Assembly: GCA_038108555.1 (NCBI GenBank)
Contig: JAYNIA010000001.1
Span: forward strand, 1-61,660
Reading direction: 5' to 3'
Origin: Nitrospinota bacterium
GTDB taxonomy: Bacteria > Nitrospinota > Nitrospinia > Nitrospinales > VA-1
Length of the DNA: 61,660 nucleotides
Below the pieces are notes generated by a model. The model searched no databases, was not told the origin of the DNA, and was given only the letters and a program-made list of their open reading frames with translations. Shown here piece after piece: positions 9,426 through 20,656 of this stretch (its first letter is position 1; each line of letters begins with the position of its first letter). The position numbers were made by a program, and so were the translations under genes.

Positions 9426-11054
9426 TCAACTGGCCGTAGTAACGGAAAGCAGAATGGGCTCCCGGCCGGAAAACTTTAATGCCTTCAAGTTTACTTTGGC
9501 AGAATTAATATCTGTAAAAGGTCCCACATAAACAATATACCAGTCTTGCCCGGCAGAGACCGCTTTTTTCAAAAACGCGTCAAACCCGCCTTGAAGCAAT
9601 TCTTCCTTTTTCTTTTCTGCCTCAGTCCTATCCTTTAAAGAATAAACCTGGATACGATAATTTCCTGGTTTTACTTTACTAACAGCAGGAACCGCTTCAG
9701 GGGCATCCTCATTTTTTACTTCAACTACAGGGGCGGGAACTTCCTTTTCAGGAACTTCGGCAGGTGGGATTTTAGCAACGTTTTTTGCTGGCACTTCAGT
9801 CTCTTCCTTTTCCTCAACTTCCTCAATCGGTGGGGTATTGTCCAAATCTGCAATAAATTCCTCAACAACCGTGGTCGCCGCTTTGGGTACGGGTGGGGAT
9901 GCCAATGGAGCTTTTTTAATCTCAGGTACCGGAGCCGGTGGGGGTGAGGCTGGTGATGCTGGCTTTTGTGAAACCACATCATTGGCTGCAATGGTCACCG
10001 AATTGTTTTTTACAGAATCCATTTTGGAAAGAACAAAAAAAGTCAGGCCTGCAATGAAAAAAAGAAACGAAGCCACTAAAGGCAATTGATTTTTTACAAA
10101 CCGGTTAAAAAAGTAACCTTTATTTTCTTCGCCCAACAAACTTTTTATGGCTTCACAAACATGAATGCGGTCAATGGTTTCGACCTGTTGGTTATATCCT
10201 GCCAGCAATGCGCGATCACAAACCAGATTAATGAGACGCGGGTAACCTTTGGAATAACTAAAAATCTCTTTATATGCAGTACGAGTAAAGGTCACACGAG
10301 ATGCAGCACCGGCAACCATGATCCGATGTTCGATATAGTTTTTAGTCCCCTCCATATCCAGAGGTGAAATTTCATATCGAATAGAAATTCTCTGATTGAG
10401 TTGCTTTAAAGTGGGCAGCCTTAGTTTTTCATTCAACTCCAACTGTCCGACAAAAATTATCTGAAGTAATTTGTCCTTTTCTGTTTCAATATTGGAGAGG
10501 ATTCGTACCTGCTCCATAACATCCAGTGACAGGTTTTGCGCCTCATCTACAATAAGAACCGTTGTTCGCCCCTGCTCATGACGGTTTAAAAGAAATCCAT
10601 TCAGTGCATCGATGAGTTCTTTTTTCGAGGCATTATTTATCCATGTATGATCCTGTTGACGCAAATCTTCCGAAGGAATAATTTCATCGGACAAATCAAT
10701 TTCAATACTGTCCCCGGTTGATTCATCTTCGATTATCCCAGCAGGCTGCTGAGCCTTTACCGGTTCTATTTGCAAATCATGTACTATGTTTCTCAACAGG
10801 TCCATATCCGAAAGCATTGGATTTAGAATGAGCGCCACTTCAACATCCTCATCCAACCGATCCAGCAGGCACCGACAAAGGGTGGTTTTACCCGTACCGA
10901 CATCCCCCGCAATCACCATGAAGCCTTCCCTTTGCTTGATACCATAGAGCATATGGTCTAACGCTCCCTGGTATTGTTTGCTTAGGTAAAGGAATTTAGG
11001 GTCTGGTGTCAGACTGAAAGGTTTTTCCTTGAACTGGAAATAGTTTTCGTACAT
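9426..11054 (-). CDS. ExeA/MshM-family AAA ATPase with TM and C-terminal SPOR domain
   Basis: MYENYFQFKEKPFSLTPDP, Walker A GDVGTGKT, IVDEAQNL, GYPRLINLVCDRAL; C-terminal YRIQVYS...WYIVYVGPF. Confidence 0.9.
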   Translation of the reverse strand: MYENYFQFKEKPFSLTPDPKFLYLSKQYQGALDHMLYGIKQREGFMVIAGDVGTGKTTLCRCLLDRLDEDVEVALILNPMLSDMDLLRNIVHDLQIEPVKAQQPAGIIEDESTGDSIEIDLSDEIIPSEDLRQQDHTWINNASKKELIDALNGFLLNRHEQGRTTVLIVDEAQNLSLDVMEQVRILSNIETEKDKLLQIIFVGQLELNEKLRLPTLKQLNQRISIRYEISPLDMEGTKNYIEHRIMVAGAASRVTFTRTAYKEIFSYSKGYPRLINLVCDRALLAGYNQQVETIDRIHVCEAIKSLLGEENKGYFFNRFVKNQLPLVASFLFFIAGLTFFVLSKMDSVKNNSVTIAANDVVSQKPASPASPPPAPVPEIKKAPLASPPVPKAATTVVEEFIADLDNTPPIEEVEEKEETEVPAKNVAKIPPAEVPEKEVPAPVVEVKNEDAPEAVPAVSKVKPGNYRIQVYSLKDRTEAEKKKEELLQGGFDAFLKKAVSAGQDWYIVYVGPFTDINSAKVNLKALKFSGREPILLSVTTAS

Positions 11055-11063
11055 AAAATACGC

Positions 11064-12921
11064 CTACCTTCTAAAGGAAGGGTTTGCAATAGTATCTGAA
11101 TACACATCATAACCGGTATTTCTTAAGCGATCACCTTCTTTAGCGAACCGATCATCGACTGCTCGTCCCGCCATTATTTCAGGAGTCAACATAATAACCA
11201 ACTCAGATTTTAATACGTTTTCCTGATCCCAGTGGAAAAGACGGCCCACTCCAGGAAGAGAACCAAGAAGGGGAACAGAATTGTCATCCACCTCTTTCCG
11301 TGTCTTCATCAACCCACCTATGACAATCGTTTGTCCATGCTGAGCCAAAACCACGTTGTTAGCTTCTCGCACATCCAAAATGGGAACTATGTTGATACCA
11401 TCCGGGGACGTCCTTTCACCAGACTTCTCTGTAATACTGGTATTGATGCTCATCATGATTTCGCCATTAGGATTGATTTGCGGAACTACATCAAGAACAA
11501 TACCAATCGTGATGGTCGACGGAATATACTCAGTAGTTGCCGCCGAGGTGGTTGTAGCAGAAGTGATTTCCGGAATGAAAAAGATATCATCGGTACCTAC
11601 TTTAATAACCGCCCTTTGGTTGTTCAAAGTTGCAATTTTGGGACTAGACAAAACACTCACCTGCCCCTGCTGAGACAATGCATCAACAACCACGTTAAAT
11701 GCCGAAGAGGATGGACCGTAAACAAAGTTTGCCGCCCCTGTAATGGTGGTTGTGTTCCTAAGTATGGAACCTGCCGTTTTTCCAACTGTAAATTACTTGA
11801 GCCCAGTCAATTCCCAGCTTGTAATCGTCATTAAGAGTCACCTCAATGATTTTTGCCTGAATATAAACCTGGCGTTGGATAGAACCCTCGACCGCTTCAA
11901 TGAATTCGGCCACCTACAAAAAAATATCCGGATAATCTTTTACTACAATGAGCCCGGCTTGTTTATTGACACTAATATAAGCTCTCTCTTCCTCCTCCTG
12001 TATGCTGGCCCCAGATGTGGAACCTGAGGAATCTTCAGAACCACCGCCCTCTGTCCCAGGGGAACTCCCCCCACCACCTCCCAACAGGCTTGATAACAGA
12101 TCGGAAGAATCTCCATCGGTAGAAGCCACTGCGGAATCTGCATCAGATGACCCCGAGTCCTCCGAAGAAGAATCGCCACCACTGGTGGAGGAAGATGGCG
12201 TGACTATATTTTTTAGACCGGAAGTAATCTCCGCCCAGATATCCGTTTCCTCAGAAGACTGGATGGAGCTGGTAGAGCCGGTGTTTGAAGACCCTACATT
12301 CGCCCCCGAAGCTGCTGTGGTCGTTGAAGCACTTGAACTGCTGGTGGTTCCACTTGATCCTGTGTTCGTTCCACCACCACTTCGGGAGGAAAGATTACTA
12401 CTACCCCTCCGCTTTGAAATTATATAGTTCAGGAAAAATGTGCGGGTTTGCATTTTTTCTTTGCGCACCCGAATAAAATCTTTATCCATTTCATATTCGA
12501 GATGGAGCGGAGTCAGCAAACTTTCCAAGGCTTCTTCTAAAGTTACATTTTTCAGATCCACCGTAGCCAGCTTGTTTACATTGGGATCAATAACAATGTT
12601 CTGGTCGATTTCCTGCGAAAGCGCGAACAATACGTTTCGAATATCCACCCCCCGCGCAGACATGGTAAAACGGAAACCCTTTTTCTCCTGCTCCTTCAAG
12701 TCCAGATTGGGCTGAATTTCTGTGATCGAATCAGGAAGCTTGGTTTCTTCCGGCAACGGTTTTTTTACAGGAATAATTATTTCCCGAGGCTTGGGTCCCT
12801 TGGCTTGCAATTGGGTCGAAGATCCCTTATTCGATTTTCCCGTGGCAGAACACGATGCCAGCAAGGCGCACATAACCAGCACCCCGAAAATCCTGAAAAT
12901 TAATATATTGGAAATTCTCAT
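11064..12921 (-). pseudogene. MshL-like lipoprotein secretin with in-frame TAG (11916-11914) and a frameshift (between about 11792 and 11761)
   Basis: Lipobox LLASC, STN domain, Ser/Gly-rich N3 loops; after the TAG the frame continues VAEFIEAVEGSIQRQVYIQAKIIEVTLNDDYKLGIDW; secretin core (VLSSPKIATLNNQRAVIKVG, VPLLGSLPGVGRLF, KSELVIMLTP) is in a different frame. Confidence 0.85.
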
Positions 12922-13089
12922 AATTATTATAAATTTAAACAAATTTATACGGAATTTTGATACAACGAGAAAACGCATAAGTCTAATAAAATCTGAGTGT
13001 TTTTGGGGTTTGACAGACACGGATTCATCTGGTTTTTCGCAAAGAAACCGGGCTAAAAAATACTCAAATTTTTTAACACGGTGGATGAC

Positions 13090-13108
13090 AAAATGGCAGG
13101 ACCCTGCC
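13090..13108 (-). terminator. Possible intrinsic terminator downstream of lon
   Basis: Minus strand GGCAG-ggtc-CTGCC followed by ATTTT; stem is short. Confidence 0.3.
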
Positions 13109-13189
13109 TGGGTAAAATCAGCTTAAAAAACAGGTTTGGAAAAAATTTGAAGAAGAAAAACAAACCCCTTTTCTCAGTGGGCGGATTCG

Positions 13190-15595
13190 CTAATTAAGGC
13201 GGAGCGAGGGTTGTTTGCTTGATGTTTTCGAGGTCTTTTTGGGTTTTCGAATAGCAGATTTCTTTTTTGTTTTGGCCTTTTTCCCAAAGGAATGCTTGAT
13301 CACTTCATCCATTGTGGCAACGGGAAAAAATTGGATGCTCTTTCTAATATTTTCTGGAATATCAGGAATATCCTTTTCGTTTTCGGTGGGGATGATTAAA
13401 TTGTGAATTCCATGCCGGTGGGCTGCTAGAACTTTTTCCTTTAATCCCCCAATCGGAAGAACTTTTCCCGTCAAGGTCAATTCTCCGGTCATTGCAACAT
13501 CGTGTCGCAGTGCTGTTTTAGTCAGGGCAGAAACAAGAGCAACCGCCATGGTAATCCCCGCAGAGGGGCCATCTTTAGGAACGGCTCCTTCGGGAATATG
13601 GATATGGAAATCATTTTTCTGGTAAAAACTTTTTTGCAATCCGAACTCCGACGACCTTGAACGTACATAGGTCATTGCCGCCTGGGCGGACTCTTTCATG
13701 ACATCTCCCAGTTGCCCGGTAGGCACGAGTTTACCGGTTCCGGGTAGAACCGTAACCTCTATCGAAAGGATTTCACCGCCCAGTTCTGTCCAGGCCAGGC
13801 CAATAGCAGAGCCTATATCGAGAGGCCCTTCTTTATCCACTCTCTTGTATTTGGGAGTTCCCAGATATTTTTCAAGACTGGCCGGAGTAATTTTGACCTG
13901 TGTTTTTTTGCCTTTCTCAACAACGGTTTTAACAACTTTTCGGCAGAGGGTCGCAATTTCCCTTTCCAGATTCCTCACTCCCGCTTCGCGGGTGAAATCC
14001 TGAATAATTCGTTGGAGAGCTTTATCAGAAATTTCTATATTCTTTTTTGTTAAACCATGTTCCGATATTTTCTTTGGAACCAGAAATCTTTCCGCTATGC
14101 CCAGCTTTTCCTGATCGGTGTAGCCCGGCAAATGCAATACCTCCATTCTGTCCAGCAAAGGCCGGGGAATCGAGTGGAGAACATTGGCCGTACAAATAAA
14201 AAGGACGTTTGAAAGATCGTAATCTATTTCCAGATAATGGTCATTGAAGTTTGCGTTTTGTTCCGGGTCAAGCACTTCGAGCAGCGCTGATGAAGGGTCT
14301 CCACGAAAATCTGCATTCATTTTGTCCACTTCATCCAGCATGAAAACAGGGTTATGCACTCCGGCCTTTTTCATGCCTTGAATAATTTTTCCCGGCAATG
14401 CTCCGATATAAGTCCGGCGATGCCCCCTGATTTCAGCTTCATCCCGGACCCCACCGAGGGAAATGCGAACAAACTCTCGCCCCATAGCTTTGCCGATGGA
14501 TTTACCCAAAGAAGTTTTACCAACTCCTGGAGGACCTACAAGGCAAATAATGGGCCCTTTAATTTTTTTCACCAGTTTTAATACTGCCAGATGCTCGGTG
14601 ATACGTTCTTTGACCTTTTCCAGTCCGTAATGATCTTTATCCAAAACTTTTTGAGCTTCTGGAATTTTAATTTTTTCCGTTCCTGCCGCTTTTTGCCAGG
14701 GAAGATCTGCCAACCATTCAATATAAGTTCTGGCAACAGTAGCTTCAGCAGACATGGGTTGCATGAGTTCGAGCCTTTTCAATTCTTTTTTGGCTTTCTC
14801 ATTCACGTCTTTAGGCATTTTTGCCTTTTTAATTTTTTGTTTCAGTTCATCAAAGTCACTTTTGAATTCATCCCGCTTGCCAAGCTCTTTTTGTATGGCC
14901 TTCATCTGCTCGTTCAGATAAAACTCTTTCTGGCTGCGTTCCATCTGCTTGCGCACCCGGCCATGCACCCGTTTCTCAATTTTCAGAACTTCCATTTCCG
15001 ACTTGAGAATTCCCAGCAATTTGTTCAACCGGTCCGCCGGATTCAAAGTTTCCAACAATTCCTGTTTTTCCTGAGTCTGAAAAACCATATAGGAAGCAAT
15101 GGTATCGGCATAACGGTGAGGCTCAAGAATGTTTGCGCTGGCAGAAACCGCTTCCAGTGGAATTTTCTGATTGAGTTTGACGTATTGTTCGAAGACGTTC
15201 CCGACACTTCGCATCATAGCTTTTACATCGGGAGTAAGTTGATCGTTTTCATGGATGCGGTTTACATCCACTTCAAAATAATCGGGATTGTCGAGGAAAC
15301 CTTCAATCCGCCCTCTTTGTAGTCCCTCTACCAACACCTTCATTGTTCCATCGGTCAGTTTCAGGATTTGCAGGATATTTGCGATGGTCCCTACTTCGAA
15401 AATATCCACCGGTTGGGGGTCGTTATTGTTTGGGTTTCTCTGGGCGGAAAGAAAAATGCTTTTCTGCTCAGCCATGGACTTTTCCAGAGCAAGAACAGAT
15501 TTGTCTCTGCCCACAAACAGGGGTAGAACCATATAGGGGAAAACGATGATATCCCGCAGGGGGAGGAGCGGTAAGGTAACTTTATCTAAACCCAT
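13190..15595 (-). CDS. lon: ATP-dependent protease La
   Basis: [11 protein letters not shown]-domain, [14 protein letters not shown], catalytic [16 protein letters not shown]. Confidence 0.97.
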   Translation of the reverse strand: MGLDKVTLPLLPLRDIIVFPYMVLPLFVGRDKSVLALEKSMAEQKSIFLSAQRNPNNNDPQPVDIFEVGTIANILQILKLTDGTMKVLVEGLQRGRIEGFLDNPDYFEVDVNRIHENDQLTPDVKAMMRSVGNVFEQYVKLNQKIPLEAVSASANILEPHRYADTIASYMVFQTQEKQELLETLNPADRLNKLLGILKSEMEVLKIEKRVHGRVRKQMERSQKEFYLNEQMKAIQKELGKRDEFKSDFDELKQKIKKAKMPKDVNEKAKKELKRLELMQPMSAEATVARTYIEWLADLPWQKAAGTEKIKIPEAQKVLDKDHYGLEKVKERITEHLAVLKLVKKIKGPIICLVGPPGVGKTSLGKSIGKAMGREFVRISLGGVRDEAEIRGHRRTYIGALPGKIIQGMKKAGVHNPVFMLDEVDKMNADFRGDPSSALLEVLDPEQNANFNDHYLEIDYDLSNVLFICTANVLHSIPRPLLDRMEVLHLPGYTDQEKLGIAERFLVPKKISEHGLTKKNIEISDKALQRIIQDFTREAGVRNLEREIATLCRKVVKTVVEKGKKTQVKITPASLEKYLGTPKYKRVDKEGPLDIGSAIGLAWTELGGEILSIEVTVLPGTGKLVPTGQLGDVMKESAQAAMTYVRSRSSEFGLQKSFYQKNDFHIHIPEGAVPKDGPSAGITMAVALVSALTKTALRHDVAMTGELTLTGKVLPIGGLKEKVLAAHRHGIHNLIIPTENEKDIPDIPENIRKSIQFFPVATMDEVIKHSFGKKAKTKKKSAIRKPKKTSKTSSKQPSLRLN

Positions 15596-15598
15596 TTA

Positions 15599-16846
15599 TT
15601 AGCTGGCCTGTTTCTTTTTAGCGTAAACCATCATGGGTTTTTCACCTTTGGCAACGACTTCTTCGTTAATTACTACTTCTTCGACGTCCTTTTGAGATGG
15701 CAACTCGTACATAATATCGAGCATGGTTTCTTCCATAACAGCGCGCAAACCTCTTGCGCCTGTTTTGCGCTCTATTGCTTTTTCTGCAATTGCCCGGATG
15801 GCACCGTCTGTAAATTTCAATTTAATATCTTCGAACTCGAACAGTTTTTTGTACTGTTTGACCAACGCATTTTTCGGCTCGGTCATGACTTTTATCAAGG
15901 CATTGATGTCCAACTCTTTAAGAGTCGCCACTGCTGAGAAACGCCCGACAAATTCAGGGATCAAGCCATACTTGAGCAGGTCTTCAGGTTGAATTTTTTC
16001 GAGGAAATCTTCATCCTGTAAATCTTGTTTGGAAACAAGTTTTTGTCCAAAACCCATGCTTTTTTTGCCAATGCGATTGCGGACAATTTCACTCATACCT
16101 ATAAACGCACCTCCACAAACAAACAGGATATTCGTCGTGTCCACCTGCAAAAATTCCTGATGTGGATGTTTTCGCCCACCCTGCGGCGGAACACTGGCTG
16201 TGGTGCCTTCAATAATTTTCAATAGCGCCTGCTGCACTCCCTCGCCTGAAACATCCCGGGTGATGGATGGGTTTTCGGATTTACGTGAAATCTTATCCAC
16301 CTCATCAATATAGATAATTCCGCGTTCTGCTTTTTCGACATCATAATCTGCACTTTGCAAAAGTTTGAGAATGATGTTCTCCACATCTTCTCCAACATAA
16401 CCCGCCTCTGTCAGGGTAGTGGCATCCACAATCGTGAACGGCACATCAAGAATACGCGCCAGGGTTTGCGCCATGAGAGTTTTACCAGAACCGGTAGGAC
16501 CTACCAATAGAACATTACTCTTTTGCAATTCGACATCATCCATTTCAAGGTTGGAGTCAATCCGCTTGAAATGATTGTGCACGGCAACGGAAAGGATTTT
16601 TTTACATCGCTCCTGATTGATGATGTATTGATCCAGGTGGCTGTATATCTCTTTTGGTTTCAGCAGGTGCTGAAAGTCTTCACCCTTCTCCTGAGCCCAT
16701 TCTTCCACCATGATTTCGTTGCATAACTCGATGCATTCATCACAGATATATACGCTGGGCCCGGCAATGAGTTTTTTGACTTCTTCCTGACTCTTACCAC
16801 AAAAAGAACAGCGGTAATTTCCATTGGTTGTGCTTTTCTTCGCCAT
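15599..16846 (-). CDS. clpX: ATP-dependent Clp protease ATP-binding subunit ClpX
   Basis: CSFCGK...ICDEC zinc finger, [29 protein letters not shown] loop, MGF loop. Confidence 0.97.
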   Translation of the reverse strand: MAKKSTTNGNYRCSFCGKSQEEVKKLIAGPSVYICDECIELCNEIMVEEWAQEKGEDFQHLLKPKEIYSHLDQYIINQERCKKILSVAVHNHFKRIDSNLEMDDVELQKSNVLLVGPTGSGKTLMAQTLARILDVPFTIVDATTLTEAGYVGEDVENIILKLLQSADYDVEKAERGIIYIDEVDKISRKSENPSITRDVSGEGVQQALLKIIEGTTASVPPQGGRKHPHQEFLQVDTTNILFVCGGAFIGMSEIVRNRIGKKSMGFGQKLVSKQDLQDEDFLEKIQPEDLLKYGLIPEFVGRFSAVATLKELDINALIKVMTEPKNALVKQYKKLFEFEDIKLKFTDGAIRAIAEKAIERKTGARGLRAVMEETMLDIMYELPSQKDVEEVVINEEVVAKGEKPMMVYAKKKQAS

Positions 16847-16901
16847 AAATTCCTCGATTTTAGGATGGCTCTGATTTCAAATGGTTCCGTTAAAATCAGT
16901 T

Positions 16902-17531
16902 TTATTTTTTATCTTTTCCGTCTTTTTTTACTTCTTCACGGTTACTGATAACACTGTCTACCAAACCGTAGGTTTTGGCTTCTTCCCCGGTCATATAATG
17001 ATCGCGTTCCGTATCTTTATTGACCTGACTGATATCTTTTCCCGAATGCTTTGCCAAAATTCCGTCTAAAATAGCTCGAATACGGGTGATTTCCTTGGCC
17101 TGGATCTCGATGTCGGTGTGTTGTCCCTGAAACCCGCCGCTGGGCTGATGAATCATGATCCTTGAATGCGGCAAAGCAAAACGCTTTTTAGGCGCACCGG
17201 ACGCCAGCAACAAAGCTCCCATACTCGCTGCCTGACCTATGCAAATGGTTTGGACATCAGGTTTGATATATTGCATGGTATCGTATATAGCCATTCCGGA
17301 ACTGACCTGACCCCCGGGACTGTTTATATACAGGTAGATGTCCTGATCCGGCTCATCCGACTCCAGGAACAACATCTGCGCAATAATAAGGTTGGCCATA
17401 TGGTCTTCTATGGCTGAACCGATAAATATAATTCGATCTTTCAACAGTCGTGAATAAATGTCGTAAGATCGCTCTCCACGACTGGTTTGCTCTACAACAA
17501 TGGGTACTAACTGGTTGTGAATGGAATTCAT
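16902..17531 (-). CDS. clpP: Clp protease proteolytic subunit ClpP
   Basis: [45 protein letters not shown] 17531 preferred, ORF is open to 17618. Confidence 0.96.
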   Translation of the reverse strand: MNSIHNQLVPIVVEQTSRGERSYDIYSRLLKDRIIFIGSAIEDHMANLIIAQMLFLESDEPDQDIYLYINSPGGQVSSGMAIYDTMQYIKPDVQTICIGQAASMGALLLASGAPKKRFALPHSRIMIHQPSGGFQGQHTDIEIQAKEITRIRAILDGILAKHSGKDISQVNKDTERDHYMTGEEAKTYGLVDSVISNREEVKKDGKDKK

Positions 17532-17651
17532 TTTTCTCTCTTGATTAGGACTCGGGTAAGATGAACCGCTTTCTGGAACCTTATAGGAATCAGAAAGGAT
17601 TGTCGGCTTGTAAGTCATTTAGATATAATTAGATAACTAAAGACAGGTTGA

Positions 17652-19010
17652 CTATTTATTATCAGCAATTAAATCTTTTCTGTCAACCATTACTTCCTTT
17701 ACAGTTACCTTTTCGAGGGCGGAATTCAAGGTTTTATCCCTTTTCATGCGGCTATGTAAACGCGCGAGTACCCCGTTTTTTTCCCACTCCTTTTTCATCT
17801 GCGACAGGCTGCCACCTCCCCCCAGTAGCTGGGCCATGTTTTTCAACTCCTGATCCAACTCTTCAGGGGTGACCTCCAATTCGAGATCGCGGGAAAGTTG
17901 ATCGAGAATCAATTCTTCTCGTAGGGCCTTTACGGCGGGCTCTTTGTACTTTTCCATCAACTCCGGTGTAACTTCTGTCCCATGACTGTGGTCATGATCG
18001 TCACCATGATCGTGATCATGCTGGGCACCTACCCCCTGTTTCTTGTTTGCCTGGTCAGACATGAACTTGACCTGCTCTTTTATTAAATTTTCAGGCAAAT
18101 CTACCGGGTTTTGCTCGGTCAATTGCTCGGCAAGTTTCTTCTTAGTGGCCTTTAAAGCTTCTTTTCTTTCATAATCTTCCAACTCAACACGAACCTTCGC
18201 CTTCATGTCTTCAAGACTTTCATATTTTTTTTCAGTCTCCAGCTCTCGGGCAAAATCGTCATTCAGTTCGGGCAACTCCTGAACCTGGATTCCTTTTAGA
18301 GTGATATTGAAATCGACATCTTTTCCAGCAATTTCCTTATTATGGTAATCCTCAGGAACTTGCACTTTAATATCACGGTTGTCCCCGATCTCCATTCCAA
18401 TCATCCCCTTATCCAATCCTTCGATGAGTTGCCCTCCACCCACCTGGATGATCTGGTCTTGGGCCTGCCCGCCTTCAAAGGGTTTGTCCCCCAGCATGCT
18501 TGTGAAATCGATTTTTATCAGGTCCTTTTCCTGGACGGGCCGGTCGGTGACCTCTACATTTTTTGCTTTCCTTTGACGGAAGGCCTCGATTGTTTGATCG
18601 ACCTCTTCGTCAGTAATTTTGGGGATCTTCATCTCCATTTCGATCTTGGAATAATCCTGGATATCAACACTCGGCAATACCTCAACCGAAGCGGAAACGG
18701 AGATATCGGTGCCCTCTTCTGCATTGACCTCCAAAAGGTGGGGCTGTCCGATGGCCCGCAGATCCTTTTCTACGATGGCTTTGTTGAGTTCACTACTGAT
18801 GAGGTTACTCAACACCTCTTTCTTCACATCCGGACCGAATTGTTTTTCCAAAAGGGAGGTGGGTACTTTGCCCTTTCGAAATCCCGGCACCTTTACTTCT
18901 CTTCCAAGTTTTTTGTAATACTTGTCTATTTCCCCTTTATAGTTCTTAAAGGGAATAACAAATTTAATTTTCTTGTTACACGAATCAACGTCTTCTATTT
19001 CAATTTCCAT
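17652..19010 (-). CDS. tig: Trigger factor
   Basis: VPGFRKGKVP ribosome-binding signature, FKBP-like domain, upstream of clpP. Confidence 0.96.
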   Translation of the reverse strand: MEIEIEDVDSCNKKIKFVIPFKNYKGEIDKYYKKLGREVKVPGFRKGKVPTSLLEKQFGPDVKKEVLSNLISSELNKAIVEKDLRAIGQPHLLEVNAEEGTDISVSASVEVLPSVDIQDYSKIEMEMKIPKITDEEVDQTIEAFRQRKAKNVEVTDRPVQEKDLIKIDFTSMLGDKPFEGGQAQDQIIQVGGGQLIEGLDKGMIGMEIGDNRDIKVQVPEDYHNKEIAGKDVDFNITLKGIQVQELPELNDDFARELETEKKYESLEDMKAKVRVELEDYERKEALKATKKKLAEQLTEQNPVDLPENLIKEQVKFMSDQANKKQGVGAQHDHDHGDDHDHSHGTEVTPELMEKYKEPAVKALREELILDQLSRDLELEVTPEELDQELKNMAQLLGGGGSLSQMKKEWEKNGVLARLHSRMKRDKTLNSALEKVTVKEVMVDRKDLIADNK

Positions 19011-19175
19011 ATTGCTATCAATCTTTATAAATTTTTATCAAAACTTCACAAAAAAAACCTATTTCCCTCACCCGGTAGGGTGCTGCTAGCCGCAGGGGCA
19101 AAACTGGAATCGCACGATTTTTTAAATCCCGTTCGCTCAAAAACTTGCTGGCCCCTTGCTTTTCCTGCCAGGGAA

Positions 19176-19257
19176 TGCCGGTGGAGGGACTCGAACCCCC
19201 ACGCCCGAAGGCACTAGTTCCTAAAACTAGCGTGTATACCAATTTCACCACACCGGC
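19176..19257 (-). tRNA. tRNA-Leu (anticodon TAG), CCA not encoded
   Basis: GCCGGTG acceptor stem, anticodon arm CTAGT-TTTAGGA-ACTAG, long variable arm, GGTTCGAGTCC T-loop. Confidence 0.95.
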
Positions 19258-19375
19258 AACATGCTGGAGAAAATATATCACTTTATACGGGAATTGGTGG
19301 AAATAAAAGCCCCAGGGCTCGCTATATTAGAAAAGAAAAAATTAATCCGGTTTTGGGCTTATTTTACAATAGGAA

Positions 19376-19876
19376 CTACTCTTCCCCCATTTCTGCCTGG
19401 AGTGAAGAAATTTCCTCTTGAAGAAGGTTGTAGTCTATTTCCAGTTTGTCACAGTACTTTCGCAGGAAGGAATGCATGATGAGGACACAATGCCACTCAT
19501 CGAAAACCTCATCGCTTTTTTCACAAAACTTTTCGTACTCCGAGAAACCCTTTTCTATGGTTTCCATTAACTTGCCGAAGCTCGCAAGCTCATCCAATTC
19601 GGAATAGGTTGCATCCAGATCCTGTTCCCAGAAACTTTCGTCTGATTGTTTTGGATCAACAGAGGCCAGGTACTGGTCTTCTATGGCTTTAAAGTCCAAT
19701 CCAATCTGCCTGCAATAACTGCGCAAATTGTTAAAGGCGACAAACAAACATTCATACCCGCCCATCTCGCTTTCTCCATCAGAACTGTATTCGGTAATGT
19801 CTTCATCTACCCAGTCAAACATCTGAAAGAATGCATCCAGGTTAGACTGTTCTTCCGGCAATGAATCTTCATTCAT
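19376..19876 (-). CDS. Acidic hypothetical protein with internal two-fold repeat
   Basis: Co-oriented ORF directly downstream of the acetyltransferase gene; repeat CLFVAFNNLRSYC / CVLIMHSFLRKYC. Confidence 0.75.
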   Translation of the reverse strand: MNEDSLPEEQSNLDAFFQMFDWVDEDITEYSSDGESEMGGYECLFVAFNNLRSYCRQIGLDFKAIEDQYLASVDPKQSDESFWEQDLDATYSELDELASFGKLMETIEKGFSEYEKFCEKSDEVFDEWHCVLIMHSFLRKYCDKLEIDYNLLQEEISSLQAEMGEE

Positions 19877-19880
19877 AATA

Positions 19881-20654
19881 TTATTTTTCAATGATTCGAG
19901 GTTTTCTGTCTTTTGGAACCAAAACAGAGTCTGGCGGATAAAATCCTTTTGGAACCATCAGGTTGGGATAAATCCAGCTTCCTTTCCCGATCAAAGTGCC
20001 AGGACAAAGAACAGCATTACAACCCAGTTCGGCGTGGTCTCCAACAACAGCTCCCAACTTTTCCATTCCGGTTTTCCCCTCTCCTGATTCAAGAGGAATT
20101 TGGATGGGATGAATGAAACCTTCAACCTTTTCCTTTTCACTACGAAACTGCAGATTGGCCAGGCGGGAACCCGCACCCATATTCACATGGCAACCTAGGA
20201 TACTGTCTCCAATATAATTGAAGTGCCCGGCTTCACTATGATCCATAAGAATACTGTTTTTGACTTCCGTAGCATGGCCGATCACACAACCTTCCCCAGA
20301 GAACACATTCCCGCGGATATAAGCCCCCTGCCGGATATCACAATTCTCACCAATGACAGCAGGGCCTTTAATTATTGCAGTGGGTTCCAATCGCGTTCCC
20401 GAACCAATGAAAATTTCAAAATCTTTTAAATAAACCGGCTGATCCAGGGTCATCCATTGTTGTACGAACACCCCCTTCTCCTTTGGGTCGAGACAAACAC
20501 CTTCACCTAGGTTGGCCCCAGATTTATTTTCAAGTAAACTTTTTAACCTTGAACTGAGATCTTTCAAAGGGTCCCAAACCCGCTCACCCCCTGAAAACAG
20601 GGTTTGATAGGGCTCTCGATTCAAATCAGAAAAAAACTGGGAAAAGTCTCTCAT
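19881..20654 (-). CDS. Hexapeptide-repeat acetyltransferase, GlmU C-terminal-like
   Basis: IKGPAVIGENCDIRQGAYIRG, EVKNS, HFNYIGDSILG, GAGSRLANL, KLGAVVGD. Confidence 0.85.
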   Translation of the reverse strand: MRDFSQFFSDLNREPYQTLFSGGERVWDPLKDLSSRLKSLLENKSGANLGEGVCLDPKEKGVFVQQWMTLDQPVYLKDFEIFIGSGTRLEPTAIIKGPAVIGENCDIRQGAYIRGNVFSGEGCVIGHATEVKNSILMDHSEAGHFNYIGDSILGCHVNMGAGSRLANLQFRSEKEKVEGFIHPIQIPLESGEGKTGMEKLGAVVGDHAELGCNAVLCPGTLIGKGSWIYPNLMVPKGFYPPDSVLVPKDRKPRIIEK

Positions 20655-20656
20655 GT

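Noticed and set aside
11914..11916. Amber codon as pyrrolysine or programmed readthrough in the secretin
   Set aside because: A frameshift about 125-155 bp later would still truncate the product; no pyl genes seen; TAG is a normal stop elsewhere in the window
12922..13020. N-terminal extension of the secretin ORF from GTG 13020
   Set aside because: ATG 12921 gives a normal-length lipoprotein signal peptide ending LLASC
18342..19281. ORFs 18342-19217 (+) and 19018-19281 (-)
   Set aside because: Antisense shadow of tig and overlap with the tRNA-Leu gene
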